DNA from: Catajapyx aquilonaris
Taxonomy: Eukaryota
Assembly: GCA_000934665.2 (NCBI GenBank)
Contig: JYFJ02003361.1
Location: 1 to 42,989, forward strand
Direction: 5' to 3'
DNA: 42,989 nucleotides
Of the stretch, positions 1 through 13,000 are shown one piece after another; the stretch's first letter is position 1; each line of letters starts with the position of its first letter. The notes beneath the pieces were generated by a model, which was given only the letters and a program-made list of their open reading frames with translations, had not been told where the DNA came from and did not search any database. The translations under genes and the position numbers were made by a program.

Positions 1-822
1 TTGCGAATGCTTTCCGTCGTGTCCGCGGTTAATTCAAAGTCAAATTCCTCATATCTCGCAGTCAACCAGGCATTTCCGTGTACCCTTTCGATTGGCCTCC
101 GCGTTTTTCCCGCCAATTTTGAAGGCACTTTTAAATGTGCCGTAATTTATCCAGTAATGTCATTTTGATGCAACAGAGTGATGGAATGTATGTTTACAGG
201 CATGGGCTAGCTAGTTATGAACAAAAATCCCAAATCCCAGACCAAGGCTAGTTCCCCATTGCCCTAGTTGATTTTTGGAGATTTAGACTTAATTACGGAG
301 ATAATAATCGATTGGTGTAAGTATTGCCTCGCAATAGACTCTGATCATAAGGCTCACCCTGCTCGCCAAGCAACCCGCCAAACAGCTTTGGCAAATGGTT
401 TACCTGGCCTTATCACCGCACCGGCGCGGCGATTCAAATGTTACCAAGCCATTATGTCCGTAATGGATTCGAAATCGCCAAAATCAACTAACTTACTAGA
501 GTAATTTGTTATTAGAAATCCGGAAAAAGCCTAAATCCGAGAGGAAGTGAGCACATTGCGCCCCACCCTGTATAACGTGCAATTTTTAAAGACCTAAATA
601 ACCTCGGACTGTACTGGCGTTGGTGGTGCAAGTAATGCTTGATAGTGTGCAAAAATGAAAGCTATAGTACTGCAACCCAGGGATTCAGAGATGAAATATT
701 ACGGTCATATAGTGCTGCGAGTTAGATACCGGTATATTTCAAGTTTCAAATTGGCACAGAAGAATTTTTTATTTATATTTTTATGGCAATGATATATGAT
801 AGCAAATTTTTTTGAGCCACTT

Positions 823-958
823 ACTGCTCACTAAAGCTGGCATTTAATGAGCTTGATGATTGCGCAATACTTTTTGCATCATGTAGCAGCCCGTCAAAAC
901 GTGGCATTGGAATGGGATAACTCATCAAGTTCATTAAATGTCAGTTTCAGTGAACAAT
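823..958. repeat. Imperfect inverted repeat (about 37-bp arms), MITE relic
   Basis: actgctcactaaagctggcatttaatgagcttgatga matches the reverse complement of 922-958. Confidence 0.6.
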
Positions 959-1206
959 ATAGGCCTGTCTGTCGAAAAATCGGGTATCACCTACCAGTGC
1001 CATGAAAATAAAAATTATTTCCAGTTTTCACACTGATAACACACATACTGTAACTAGCGCAGGAGATAACCAACTGAACTCGCCCTCTATTGGCGAAAAT
1101 TTCGCTAATTTGCCCGTGTGTGAACTCACACGTTTGGCATGCTGGAATCAGGCTTTTAATGACCTCTCCAATGGTGCATGTCATTCAGACACAGGCTTAG
1201 AAGTTC

Positions 1207-1279
<73 letters not shown>
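1207..1279. repeat. (AGT)n microsatellite, about 24 units
   Basis: Directly visible. Confidence 0.98.
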
Positions 1280-2410
1280 ACAACAACACAAAAAAGAGCT
1301 CTTTGACTGCCAAACCTACGTATCATTATGATTGCTTGCATAGCGAAAACCGGCGAAAACTGTACACTGTACAGTAGGGTATACAGTCATCTTGGGTACA
1401 GTCGGTACAGTCACTGATCTGGTACAGTACATGCACGTGTTACTTTCGCACACCCAGGCCATCTATGAGACTTCAACGCAACCCTTCAGATATGAGCTCG
1501 ATTTGAACCCACTCGGGACAGCACAGTAGCCTACTGTACAAGGCGAAACCTGGGGCGAAACCATTGCAATATCACACAGGACTGTTTAGAAATATATTTG
1601 AGCTTATTCTAAGACCATGGCTGGGCTGAACTGTGGGCGTAAACGGCGCAAATGGACGTGAGATGTTCGATACGATATTCAAAGAGGGGCAATCGGGGCT
1701 TATCGATACGATGCATCAGTGTTTCCAACTGTGATTTTTATGACGGCATTGCTCTTCACCGCGAGTAATTGTGCTGGTAATATGGTGTGTTGCCTAAAGT
1801 CTGAATTTTAAATATTGAATTTAGCCTAAAATAGGGCTTTATGAAGAGGCAAGTGGGGTTTTCACCACATTGTATTGGCAACCTTGGGGATGTTGACTCA
1901 TCATGAATGCCTTTGTAGCCGACAGCCGCGAAGGACAGCCGTCTCCGCTTTGCAGTTTGCACCTCGTGGACCTGTAAATTCTCCCTGGACCCTGGTGTAC
2001 GTATTGGAGGCCTGTTATGCAACTAGATTAGTTTATACACTGTAAGTACATAACTTCAAGGGTAGGCTTTATTTCAAGCGTACCACTTCCAAGACACATT
2101 TCACACTAAACTAGGATTCACTGTTTGCTTCACTTTGGTATTGAAAGTAGCTACATGTACACATGAGTTTGCCCATGCTTGGTAATTTTCAGGCCAAGTA
2201 ATTGAACTGCAGTAACCGGTACCTCTGGTTTTTCTTTCATAGCTCATCAGAACTTTATTTTTAAAATGGCCTCATAACTCATGTGCTTGACTTGCGAAGT
2301 TAATGAAGGCATATATTATCTCACATGTCTAGATTTTACGAAAAGCCTGTGGGAGAGGTGGTTTACAGTGTTATGCAGGCAATAATTAAAAAAATACTGA
2401 ATTCAGATAT

Positions 2411-3326
2411 CCTCCTGAGACCCAAGAAGAATTTTTAACGCAATGTCAGTTCCTATTTCATTTTCTGAACATTTTCACAATAAGAAACGAGAAAAAATAT
2501 TTAATTTTAAAATATTGACAAAAATAGTGACAAGCAACCAATGAGAGCATTAATGCTCTCATTGGTTGCTTGTCACTATTTTTGTAGCACCAATTGGGTC
2601 CTAATTAGGACCCAATTGGTGCTACAAAAGCAGAAAGGATGAAAGCTGAAAATTGAAATACCACTTAATTGATCACTAACATAGTGCTCTATCCTCCAAA
2701 CAATGTTTTTAAAATTCATTTGTGGAATTCGTGGTAGCAATTCCTCCCAGAAGACGATTAAAGATAAATGAAATTATTTTTGAACGCCACCACTCCAGGC
2801 ATGGGGCTTGCTCCTCCCTTCTTACCCCCTCTCACTATTCTAGATTTTAAAACTGAACTGTATAATGCAAAGCACACTTCCTTGTGGGTGTATTATGTCA
2901 CAGCCCATTCAGCTAAAAAATAATCATTTCAGATGTCCATTTAAATGGGCATTTGGTCTCAGGAAGAAAAGAAATTACCAGTTCTCTACAGCTACAAAGA
3001 TTGTCACAGACACATCTTTTCGTATTTCCCAATACACATTCCTTGAGAATCCCAGGACATTCACTGCATTGCGAAAATCGCACTCTAAATATGAGTAAAA
3101 ATAAATAAAACTTATCAGATGAGCGCCTAGCTTCAGCAGTGGCATCCACCATTTTCATAAGTGATTTCATTTCCGCGGCCAAAGTCAGATATTTGACACT
3201 CGGTGGCTACACCTATTGAGGCCAGATTGTAATCATGGGAACAGATTACAGTTCTGTTGGTATCACCAGTTGGCGGCAATTTTTTTTTGCTGATGTCAAC
3301 ATATGACGACACCAGGTCTCAGGAGG
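2411..3326. mobile_element. Non-autonomous TIR element flanked by ATAT (piggyBac-like termini)
   Basis: atat|cctcctgagacc ... ggtctcaggagg|atat; a diverged partial relative lies at about 3730-4068. Confidence 0.65.
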
Positions 3327-4124
3327 ATATTCTTAGTTGTTAACACAGAACATCCTGTAAGACACTACACTGCCTGCTTGTTGCATTTTTTACTGAAAGA
3401 TTATGGTAGCCATTGGAAAAATTTTAACTACTGATTTTTGGTTGAACCAACCAATTTTGGAAAGTCTATCGTTTATCCGCACCTAGTGACATGGCGGGGT
3501 TGGGCGGGCGGGGCTGGCTCCAAACAGGTTGGCTATGCAGCGCAAACAATAGGTTGCTGGGAGAGCACAACAAAGGGTGTCTTCTTACCCCTGTCACGCA
3601 AACCAATCAGATGAGTGCTGGGACCACGGTCTTAATGAAGGAGGTGACAAATTTGAACGCCATGAGGGTTGCTGCAGTTCGTTAACCCAAAGAACAACAT
3701 GATTTAAATGCCACGTAATGGATCACTGGCATAGTGCTCTATCCTCCAAATAATGTTTTTTACATTCATTTGTGGAATTCCTGGTAGCAATTTGTCTCAG
3801 AAGACAATTAAAGATAAACTGCAATTATTTTTGAAGGCCAAAACTTAGGGTATGGGGATTGCTCCTGCTCTTCTTACATCCTAGCATGGTACCTCACTAT
3901 TCTAGATTTTAAAACTAAACTGTAGTGCAAAGCACACTTCCTCGCACACTTCCCTGTGGGTGTATAGGTACAGGCAGGAGGTGACAATATCTAGCGTTGC
4001 CGCAGAATTATATAAAAAAAAACAACAACTTATGTATCCTATAGGATACTCCAGGTCTGAGGAGGTTATGACACTGTCATTAACTTTTTTGACATCCATA
4101 ATTCAGGTAATATACCTACCTGAA

Positions 4125-4404
4125 TTATGGATGTCATCCCGTTATCAGCCATCGGCTATTTAGGGGGGAAGTTTGTTTTGCCTGGAACTCTTTGCTTTTC
4201 ATTTTACTGTGCTCTTTGGGATAGGATAGGGATGGAAGGTAGCGGCTGTGGCCTATTAATTACGGAAGCAACTCCGGAATTTTCCTGGAAGGACCATGGG
4301 AAACCACAGAAAACCACGGTCAGAGTTGCCGGCCCCGGGATTTGATCCCAGGACCTCCCGATTAGCAGTCGGACACCATATCCCATCCTCCAAACTGCTT
4401 CGGT
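4125..4404 (-). mobile_element. tRNA-derived SINE, family B
   Basis: Homologous to the copies at 27829, 28255 and 28797 (accgaagcag head, gactgctaatc loop, B-box-like motif, ccgtggttttctgtggtttccc body). Confidence 0.85.
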
Positions 4405-4667
4405 GTAATCTGGTGTATGTGTTAGGCTCAAACCCCGAAAACGGCCATTGGGCGAAAAAAAAACGTCCATTCTGCAGAATATATTTCAAATTATCCATTC
4501 TGCAGAATGAGCGGCTAGACCCCGAAATGCTCTTTTTAAAAAGGCCAGAACGCTTTCCTGGGCTAAACTTAAACATCAGAACGCCAATTTTGTGTCGGGA
4601 TGGCTGGTATAGAAGACGCTTATAACTCGTGGCAGTTTCCTGTTTCCCACTATGCCATGCGCATGTA

Positions 4668-5407
4668 CAGGGCAAAAGTCATGGGCTGGTTTAAACGACG
4701 CAGCATGGCGTAAGTAATGAACGATTATATTTAAAAAAATTACACTACACAGAGAAAGATATGCCATTTATGAATCAAGGTCCAAAAAAGTCACTTCTTG
4801 AAAACAACACCGGATAGATGTCCACCTTTGCGGGCAACACATATTCCTCCAAATGCCGGACGAAACCCTTCATAACAACGCGCTCCGGCATGTCCAGGGA
4901 AATGTTTCTCATGGCGTGTCTTATCTGATCCTTAAGATCAGCCAATGACTGAGGACGTGTGGCGAACACCAAACTCTTCAGGTACCCCCACAAGAAGAAG
5001 TCGGGGTGGTCAAATCAGGCGACCGCGACGGCCAAGGAATGTCCCCAAATCTCGAAATGACCATCCCAGGAAACACTTAACTTTTAATTTGTTTGGTGTT
5101 TGCCACACGTCCTCAGTCAATGGCTGATCTTAAGGATCAGATAAGACACGCCGCGCCGGGAGAAACATTTCCCTGGACATGCTGGAGCGCGTTGTTATGA
5201 AGGGTTTCGTCCGGCGTTTGGAGGAATATGTGTTGCCTGCAAAGGTGGACATCTATCCGGTGTTGTTTTCAAGAAGTGACTTTTTTGGACCTTGATCCAT
5301 AAATGGCATATCTTTCTCTGTGTAGTGTAATTTTAAAAAATATAATCGTTCGTTACTTACGCCATGCTGCATCGTTTAAACCAGCCCATGACTTTTGCCC
5401 CACCCTG
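4668..5407. mobile_element. Foldback derivative of a Tc1/mariner-superfamily (maT/rosa-like) transposon 3' end
   Basis: About 310-bp inverted arms (4668-4975 / 5091-5407); the minus strand encodes WPSRSPDLT-PDFFLWGYLKS; caccctg terminus. Confidence 0.85.
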
Positions 5408-5473
5408 TCAGTGCTGGAAATAAATCACCCTATTGTTGTTTGGCAAATGGTTGAAATACTTAACATTTGATTA

Positions 5474-5881
5474 GGGGCCGTCCAATAATCCGCGCGGACA
5501 AGTGAAGGGGGGGAGGGGGGTTGCACTTTGTCCGCTTTTGTCCGTACAGGGGGGTGGGGGTAGAAGTAAGTTGTACGCGCGGACAATAAACGTCAAATCA
5601 ATATTATAAGGACTCGGCCGTTTTTTTAGTCAGACCTCTCAAATATACTGTAATGCCTCTGAAAAAAGGAATTTGTGTGTAGATATTAAAAAATAAAAAA
5701 TACCAATATATTGAAAATAACACTTTCAGTGTGGCGAAGCGGGGGCAGGGNGGGTCAAGCAGGCCATGTCCGCGCAATTTTTAGGGGGGGAGGTAAGAAA
5801 TTGTCCGCTTCTGTCCGCAAAGGGGAGGGGGGGGAGGTAAAAAAGTGAAAAAATCTGTCCGCGCGGATTATGGACGGCCCC
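5474..5881. mobile_element. PIF/Harbinger-type MITE
   Basis: tta|ggggccgtcca(a)taatccgcgcggaca ... tgtccgcgcggattatggacggcccc|tta. Confidence 0.85.
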
Positions 5882-6152
5882 TTATGCTGTTTATTTTTCA
5901 GGAATGACACTTGTACAAAAAAAATTATCATATGGAGCAACATGTCTTATCTTAATCATTATAAAACATCATTTACGGACGAACGTGCCATTTAAGCTTT
6001 CCTCCAAATCTTTGGTTTAGGATATTACTGTATCACCAAGTCCGGTTGTAGACAGAGACTCACATGCAAGGGTAAAAGCTGAAAATGTTACTCCTGGAGC
6101 AAAACTTAGGCCAATCTTTCATATCAATTTATATCAATTGTACTACAGTATA

Positions 6153-6673
6153 CAGGGTGTAAATGAATTTAGGGGACAAACTTGTAGGGGTGATAGAGGG
6201 GACCAAGACAAACATATTTGACCTAGGAACCCGTGTCCGGAAACGCCATCTAGAGGGGGTTCATAGACAAGGAACGGGTGCGCTCAGACGCGGGAGGCGC
6301 TAATGACCGGACCGTTTAGTTGCTAGGTGGCGCGCGGATTGTACACAACTTTGCAATTCGCCATAACTTGGCAACAACAGAGTTGTTGTTCATTATTTGC
6401 GCGCTACCTAGCATGCTGACTTTAGTTGCTAGGTGGCTCTGTTGTTGCCAGGTTATGGCAAATTGCGAAGTTGTGTACAATCCGCGCACCACCTAGCAAC
6501 TAAACGGTCTTCTCGTTAGCGCCTCCCGCGTGATGCGTCTGAGCGCACCCGTTCCTTGTCTATGAACCCCCTCTAGATGGCGTTTCCGGACACGGGTTCC
6601 TAGGTCAAATATGGTTGTCTTGGTCCCCTCTATTACCCCTACAAGTTTGTCCCCCGCATTCATTTACACCCTG
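6153..6673. mobile_element. Tc1/mariner-type MITE with about 230-bp TIRs
   Basis: ta|cagggtgtaaatgaat ... attcatttacaccctg|ta. Confidence 0.9.
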
Positions 6674-6909
6674 TATTGACAATCAAGACAAGTTCTAAAA
6701 AATGTGATGAACCAAAATGTACGTGACATTGCAACAATGCCTTCCATTACCAGACATTGTCCGGACAAGAATTTTAAACCCAAACCTACAAACCAGTGAG
6801 TTAAACTTTTTTTTTTTAAAGTTCATTATTGCTACATGCACAGAAAGTGCATGAAACACAACACTCATGTAATAGTTATCGCTTATTTTTGTAAAGATAC
6901 ATGACTAGA

Positions 6910-7007
6910 TTACCCTAATTTGGCAAGGTAGTTGGGAGGGCCCCAACATTTGAGGAACTGAACTACTGCATCAACCGAGCTCTCGTTGGCAAGGCTGTAT
7001 GGATTTT
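6910..7007 (-). CDS. CENPC: CENP-C-like terminal coding exon (end of cupin)
   Basis: Acceptor ttttatttcag; encodes (Q)NPYSLANESSVDAVVQFLKCWGPPNYLAKLG*. Confidence 0.85.
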
Positions 7008-10000
7008 CTGAAATAAAAGTAAATTTTTTGTATGATATTCTTTGCAGTCTTCTTTGAAGCTAATGGGATACACATTGCACAGTACTTACGAGGAGGCACA
7101 ACGAAGGTGTCACCAGTGGTGCAGAGGATCACTTTGTCATTCACGGATACCGTCGTTGAGCCACTGAGCACATTACAGATCTGTAATTAAAATCCTTTCT
7201 GAGTAATTGTAGCAGCAGGAGAAATGATGGCAGTGGATACTTCATGACTTTATCCACTGCCACTTCCTTGATGATAATAGATTCTGAGAATGGGAGACAA
7301 CGGGGTAATCCCAAGGTAATCCAAGCAGGTATGGTGAAAACCTGCTTAAAAATCCAATCCATTGATGCCCAGTTCCACCAACTTTGCTATCTGTTGGTTA
7401 ATTCATTCAATAGCTAGCCATATAGTCGTAGTTTAAGTCCTCAGTGAACTAAAATGCATGGTACCAACTTCATTAAATGCCAACTTTCAGTTTGCCCGAG
7501 GCATTACTGGATTGGTTATGTTGTATCTGGACCTTGTTCACAACAGAAATGGGTTTTATATTGGCACCAGTCACATGGTCGGATGGAATCACCAATCTCC
7601 CCAGCCACCACTAGCTAAACTGGAAGATAACCTGAACCACAGGATTTGCCCAGAAAACTCTTAAACGCATCTTGGACCTGGGCAAAAGATGTACTGCAGT
7701 ACAGGGTATGATTTATGGTATGTGGGCTGCAGTACCATGGACTTCATAAACATAATGCATGCATATTTCAGTCCTACCCGGGAAAAATAAGTGCAGACCC
7801 ATCTGCACCAAAGTGCATCAAGAAAATCAAATTTTGACTACTAAAATGGGTTAGTTTTGATGAAAATGTACTTTGTTGGCCTGGCACCACATCAATTAAT
7901 TCAAGTGACAGGTTTCTGAAACTGTGCCTGTTAACTGCATAATCTGAATTAAATGAGATGTTGTAGAAAACAATTAAATTAAAATTGCTCTGTGATTTGC
8001 ATAAAGTTCACCAAATGTGTCTGGCCAAGCCACTGTACATATTTAAAATTAAACAGGCATCTTATTAAATGCTCTGGATTCTTATGTGAGCAGTGGCTAA
8101 ATCAAAGCCATGCGGTGGGCACGATCACAGACAAAGGGTGAAATGCGGCAGTTGACTGCTGCAAATGTGCACCTGGAATGTGTAATAGGCCTTACTGTCA
8201 GACAGAATAATAATGAAAAATGGTGTGGATCTCTGCTTGCCCTTCACACCCATCACGAGATTGTTGGCACCATCATCTTATGTCATGTGCACATTCATAG
8301 GATACAACTTCACCCACTTCCTTATTTGTCCATACTTGCAAACACATGTATAGAGTAATGAGGTTAGGCACATTCTAGCTGGTACCTACTGGGCAATTCC
8401 ACGCGTTACGCACAGACAATCGGAAGCTGTATTGAGGTGTTTAGGAGTCCACCGCGTCTAGGTACTTGCCGTAATAGATTAACTGTTATGAAAATCAGAT
8501 GCAGCGCAGGAATGTGAAGGTGAGGGACATCATGGAAATTTCATTCGATGGCCATCCACGCGTGTGCTATTGTCTGAAATCTCGTTGCGTACAATCCGTC
8601 ATTGGACACCAGTTTCTGGGGTATATGCAACTAGGGGGAAACTCTGCGAAATTTGACAGCACAGGTTTCGAAGCTCAAGTGCATGTGGGGTAGTAGGGTG
8701 CGAGGAACCTCATCATGCCATTAGATTGGGAGAATTCTCATTTTGAACGTGAAAACATTCGAGATATCCACCCGTTACGTACCACCCGGCATCGTTACGT
8801 ACAACCTACAGCGATTTACTGGGAGTAGCATAAATTTTTGGAGATTGGAATGTCTGTGAATTCATAATCTTATAATGGCTCCGCTGCACTGAAATAGGAA
8901 CTAGGTCAGTTTTTGCCCTTTGGATACCTTTTGGTGTGGCTGTGGAAGGTCACACATTCATGAATACAGCAAAGTGATTGCACAGGTCGATGTTGCATTT
9001 TGTGCCCTTGAATTATATGAAAACGTCTGTCTCTCTTCCTTTCACATATCGCTACAGCGAATAACCAGCTGGCAATGAGCATTAGCCGAACGGATATCAC
9101 AGAGGGCACGCTTAGATACTCTGGGAATAATACTGTGTTGTTGGGAATGATACGGTCACAAACTAACATGTCTAAGGAAACCATGGTCCACATGCTATCG
9201 GTTTTAGTCACTCAGATTCCAACTGCGTCAAGATGTAAGAACTGCACCCCGCGTCCGCTCTTTTGTGGAATTGCCCTACTTGTTTCTGACTACTGTTGCA
9301 CATGAACCCAACACGCATTCTCAAGGTCAACCAAAGAATAAAAGGATGTCTATCAGCCACCGGAAAAAAACTTTCAGCGACGGCTAATATGTCCCATATT
9401 AGCCGTCGCTGAATGTTTTTTCCGGTGGCGGCGGGGGCAGCGTTACCTGGCAACCCTGTCTGGCAGGCCAATTCAAACATCAGCCCATGGAGAGCGCTTC
9501 CATTGTTGCCACTGTTTACAAATCGAGTGAGTGACCCCAAAATGACTTATTGCTTCTAACATCATTATTTTCCCCGTTTTCTCCTGCGTATCCCTGCAGA
9601 TACTGTGTAAGCAGGCAGAAGAGACCCGTCGATGGGTCGTCCGCGTCACTCACTCGATTTGTAAACAGTGGCAACAATTGAAGCACTCTCCATGTGCTGG
9701 TGTTTGAATTGGCCCGCCGGACGGGGTTGCAAGGTAACGCAGCGCCGTCGCAGACGGAAAAAAAACATTCAGCGACGGCTAATTTGTCCAGCACTTTACA
9801 AAATTAAGTCTATTGGCTTCAAAATATAAATATGCAAAACTTATTTTCAGACTTTCTAAGTACTTAGATTTCCTGGTCAAGCAAAAGACTGAACAGGCCC
9901 TGAATTGTGCACTTAGGGGAACACATTCGAATATATGTTAATGAGTACTATTGACCGCAAAAGTAATGTCGCGACTGTTTATGTGCTTTTGTGTTTATGT

Positions 10001-13000
10001 GTTGGTAATCCTGGGCGCTGCCAGGTTACGGATATGTTTATTTGGTAATGTTCCGTAATCCACAACACTCTGCTCACCGGTCACGGCCATGGTCCCGCAA
10101 GTGGCCGCACGGTCTGGGTCGCTGTTTGAGAGCGACGCTACTTATTCGTGCAACTTATTTCTAGTTTGGGTAATTATATGTGAGATCATACAACTATGTT
10201 CACCCGACATGTTTTTAGAAAATCGAAATTTGGCACTTAGGATCGTATTTTGTCAAGAACCGCTATAGGTGATGAGAAATGACGAGGTCAAAAATGGGAT
10301 TGTTTCCATTCTGATGTTTACAATAACCTGATAATTTCTCTAATTATGTGTCCCAAATAAGTGCAAAATGGGGCTTAATATTCTACAAGGTAATGCCGAA
10401 CCCGCAAATAACCTCCAAAAAATTCTACGATTAAAATCACGTGTCATTTTGGTAGGTCATATCCCTTCAGTGATGCAAGTTTCATTTTTGCCCTCGTATT
10501 AGGGTCCGAGATATAAAATACAGCAAATAAGGGGGCCGGATGCGCCTCTTTTGCCCATTTGCCCAATATTACGAAGTTGCGTGACCCTTGACGTGACGAC
10601 CCGCGCAGAGTCAAATTTTGCGAAATTTTTGGTGAGTAATCTGCTACTCATAACCTTTCAGAGGCATGTATTTCCATTGTTGTGTTCGTATTAGGTTCCG
10701 AGATATAAAATAAATAAGGTGGCCGGGAGCGTCTGGGTCATTCTATCTCAGAATGTATTTTTGTAACCCCATTATATTATACGTAAATTATATCAAAGGG
10801 GGAGGTGTGGTGGCCGAGATGGTAACGTCTCGGCTTGCTGAGTGAAAGGCCCCAGGTTCGGTCCCCGCCTGGGGAATTTTCCTTTCACCTGCGTCGGGAG
10901 GGTCTCTGACCTGCACCAAGGAGGTGTCTGGCAACCCAGCCTCCTGGGGGACTGGCACATGACCCGTTTAACGACATTGCACCTGCACCCGTGTCCCCTC
11001 CCCGATAAATCCCTATCCCTACCCAATTTCCTTGATTCCTTGCACCAGAGTGAAGTTAAGAGAAAAACTGGAAAATAAAAGTTCATGTGATATACCCCGT
11101 AAGGGGTGAAAGCATTACCCACAATTATTATTATTATTATTTTAAAAGTTATATCAAATTAACGGGCGTGAGATGAGGATCATTTTGGAAGCAACCGTTT
11201 TAACCTAGAGCGTAAAATGGAAATACTAAAAAATTCCCATTGTTGTGCAAAAAGGGCACATTTCTGGTGGTCCAATGAAATTGTTAGCCGCATGCTAAGA
11301 GTATGAAATTAATATGGTGAGTACATGGTCATCTACTCATTACCTCTGGAGAAGGGCAACATCACAAGTCTAGCAGTCTTGGAAATAAGAAATCCTGAAG
11401 TGTCATTTTTTCCATCATTTGGTCATCTTGGTGCTGAATTGAGCGATTTTCTGCTGGTGATGCGCTCAGGGCAACTGAACCTTGTAACCCTGTAATGCCC
11501 CTTGGGTCATATCTGGCACACCATTTAGTGCAATTTGGCACTTACAGGAAATATAAAAATTGCACAAATTGCAAAAATTGCACTAAATGGTGTGCCAGAT
11601 ATGACCCAGTGGGCATTACAGGGATAGGTCAAGCATGACATGACGCTTCTTTTAACACGTGTAAATTTAAAATTTGCCCAGTGTCACATAAGAGTAAAAA
11701 AAACAACAAAAAATGACCAAATACGGGAAAAACGACATTTCATGATTTGGAATTTTTTAGTACTGTACTTCCATTTCACGCTCCAGGTTAAAACGGTTGC
11801 TTCCAAAATTTTCTTCATCTCAAGCCCATTCATTTGATATAACTTACGTATAATATAATGGGTTTACAACAATACATTCTGAGATGGCCGAGCCACCAAC
11901 CTGGCTGCCTTATCATAGAATGACCCAGACGCTCTAGGCCACCTTATTTATTTTATATCTCGGAACCTAATACGAACACAACAATGGAAATTCATACCAC
12001 TGAAAGGTTATGAGTAGCAGATTACTCACCAAAAATTTCGCAAAATTCGACTCTGCGTGGGTCGTCACGTCAAGGGTCACGCAACTTCGTAATATTGGGC
12101 AAATGGGCAAAAGAGGCGCATCTGGCCTCCTTATTTGCTGTATTTTATATCTCGGAGCCTAATACGAGGGCAAAAATGAAACTTGCATCACTGAAGGGAT
12201 ATGACCTACCAAAATGACACGTAATTTTAATCGTAGAATTTTTTGGAGGTTATGTGCAGGTTCGGCGTTTGCAAATAAACATATCCGTAACCTGGCAGCG
12301 CCCAGGATTACCACCACATAAACACAAAAGCACATAAACAGTCGCGACATTACTTTTGCGGTCAATAGTACATAAAGTTATTTTTCCTATTTTAGTAAGG
12401 GAGATCAGGGTCGGTTGTAACACTTTTAGTCTGGATTTTTAAATTCAGTTACATATGCATTTAGGCAAAGGTTTATGACATGGTGGAAATAAGGCAACAT
12501 TTCTCTTTGTAAAATTAACATGTAGTAAAATCTTAATATTAAAAATTGATAGATTTATAAATATTTTTCTAAGGCAAGGCAGAGTGTTACAACTGACCCC
12601 ATCATAGGGACAGTTGTAACAGAGGGTGGGGTCGATTGTAACACTATGTCTTAAGGAGAAAATATAATATGGAAGAACAATTTACACCCAATCATCTTCT
12701 TGGCAATTGTCTTATAGCCTACTTGATCCACCTAGATTACTCTTTATCTCTCGATACTCTGGAATTTATTCAGTAGAATAGTATTGCAAGGGAATGAATT
12801 TTTTATTCATATTTTTCGACAGCAAACTGGTTATCACTAAGAGGCTTTATTGCATAAAATAATAACTATTTCTACTCTCAATATCCTGTGAGATATGTAG
12901 CTGTAACATCTGTACACAGACTTGACCTAAATTCTCCCATGATTTTACTATGTTACAACTGACCCCAAGGAAGCTATTACAACTGGCCCCATTGCATGTG

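Noticed and set aside
1156..1341. Poly-Thr ORF
   Set aside because: Translation of the (AGT)n microsatellite
10798..10880. tRNA genes here and at 16528, about 25190, 27829 and 28797
   Set aside because: The A/B boxes belong to SINE heads followed by bodies, tails and TSDs; no intact cloverleaf
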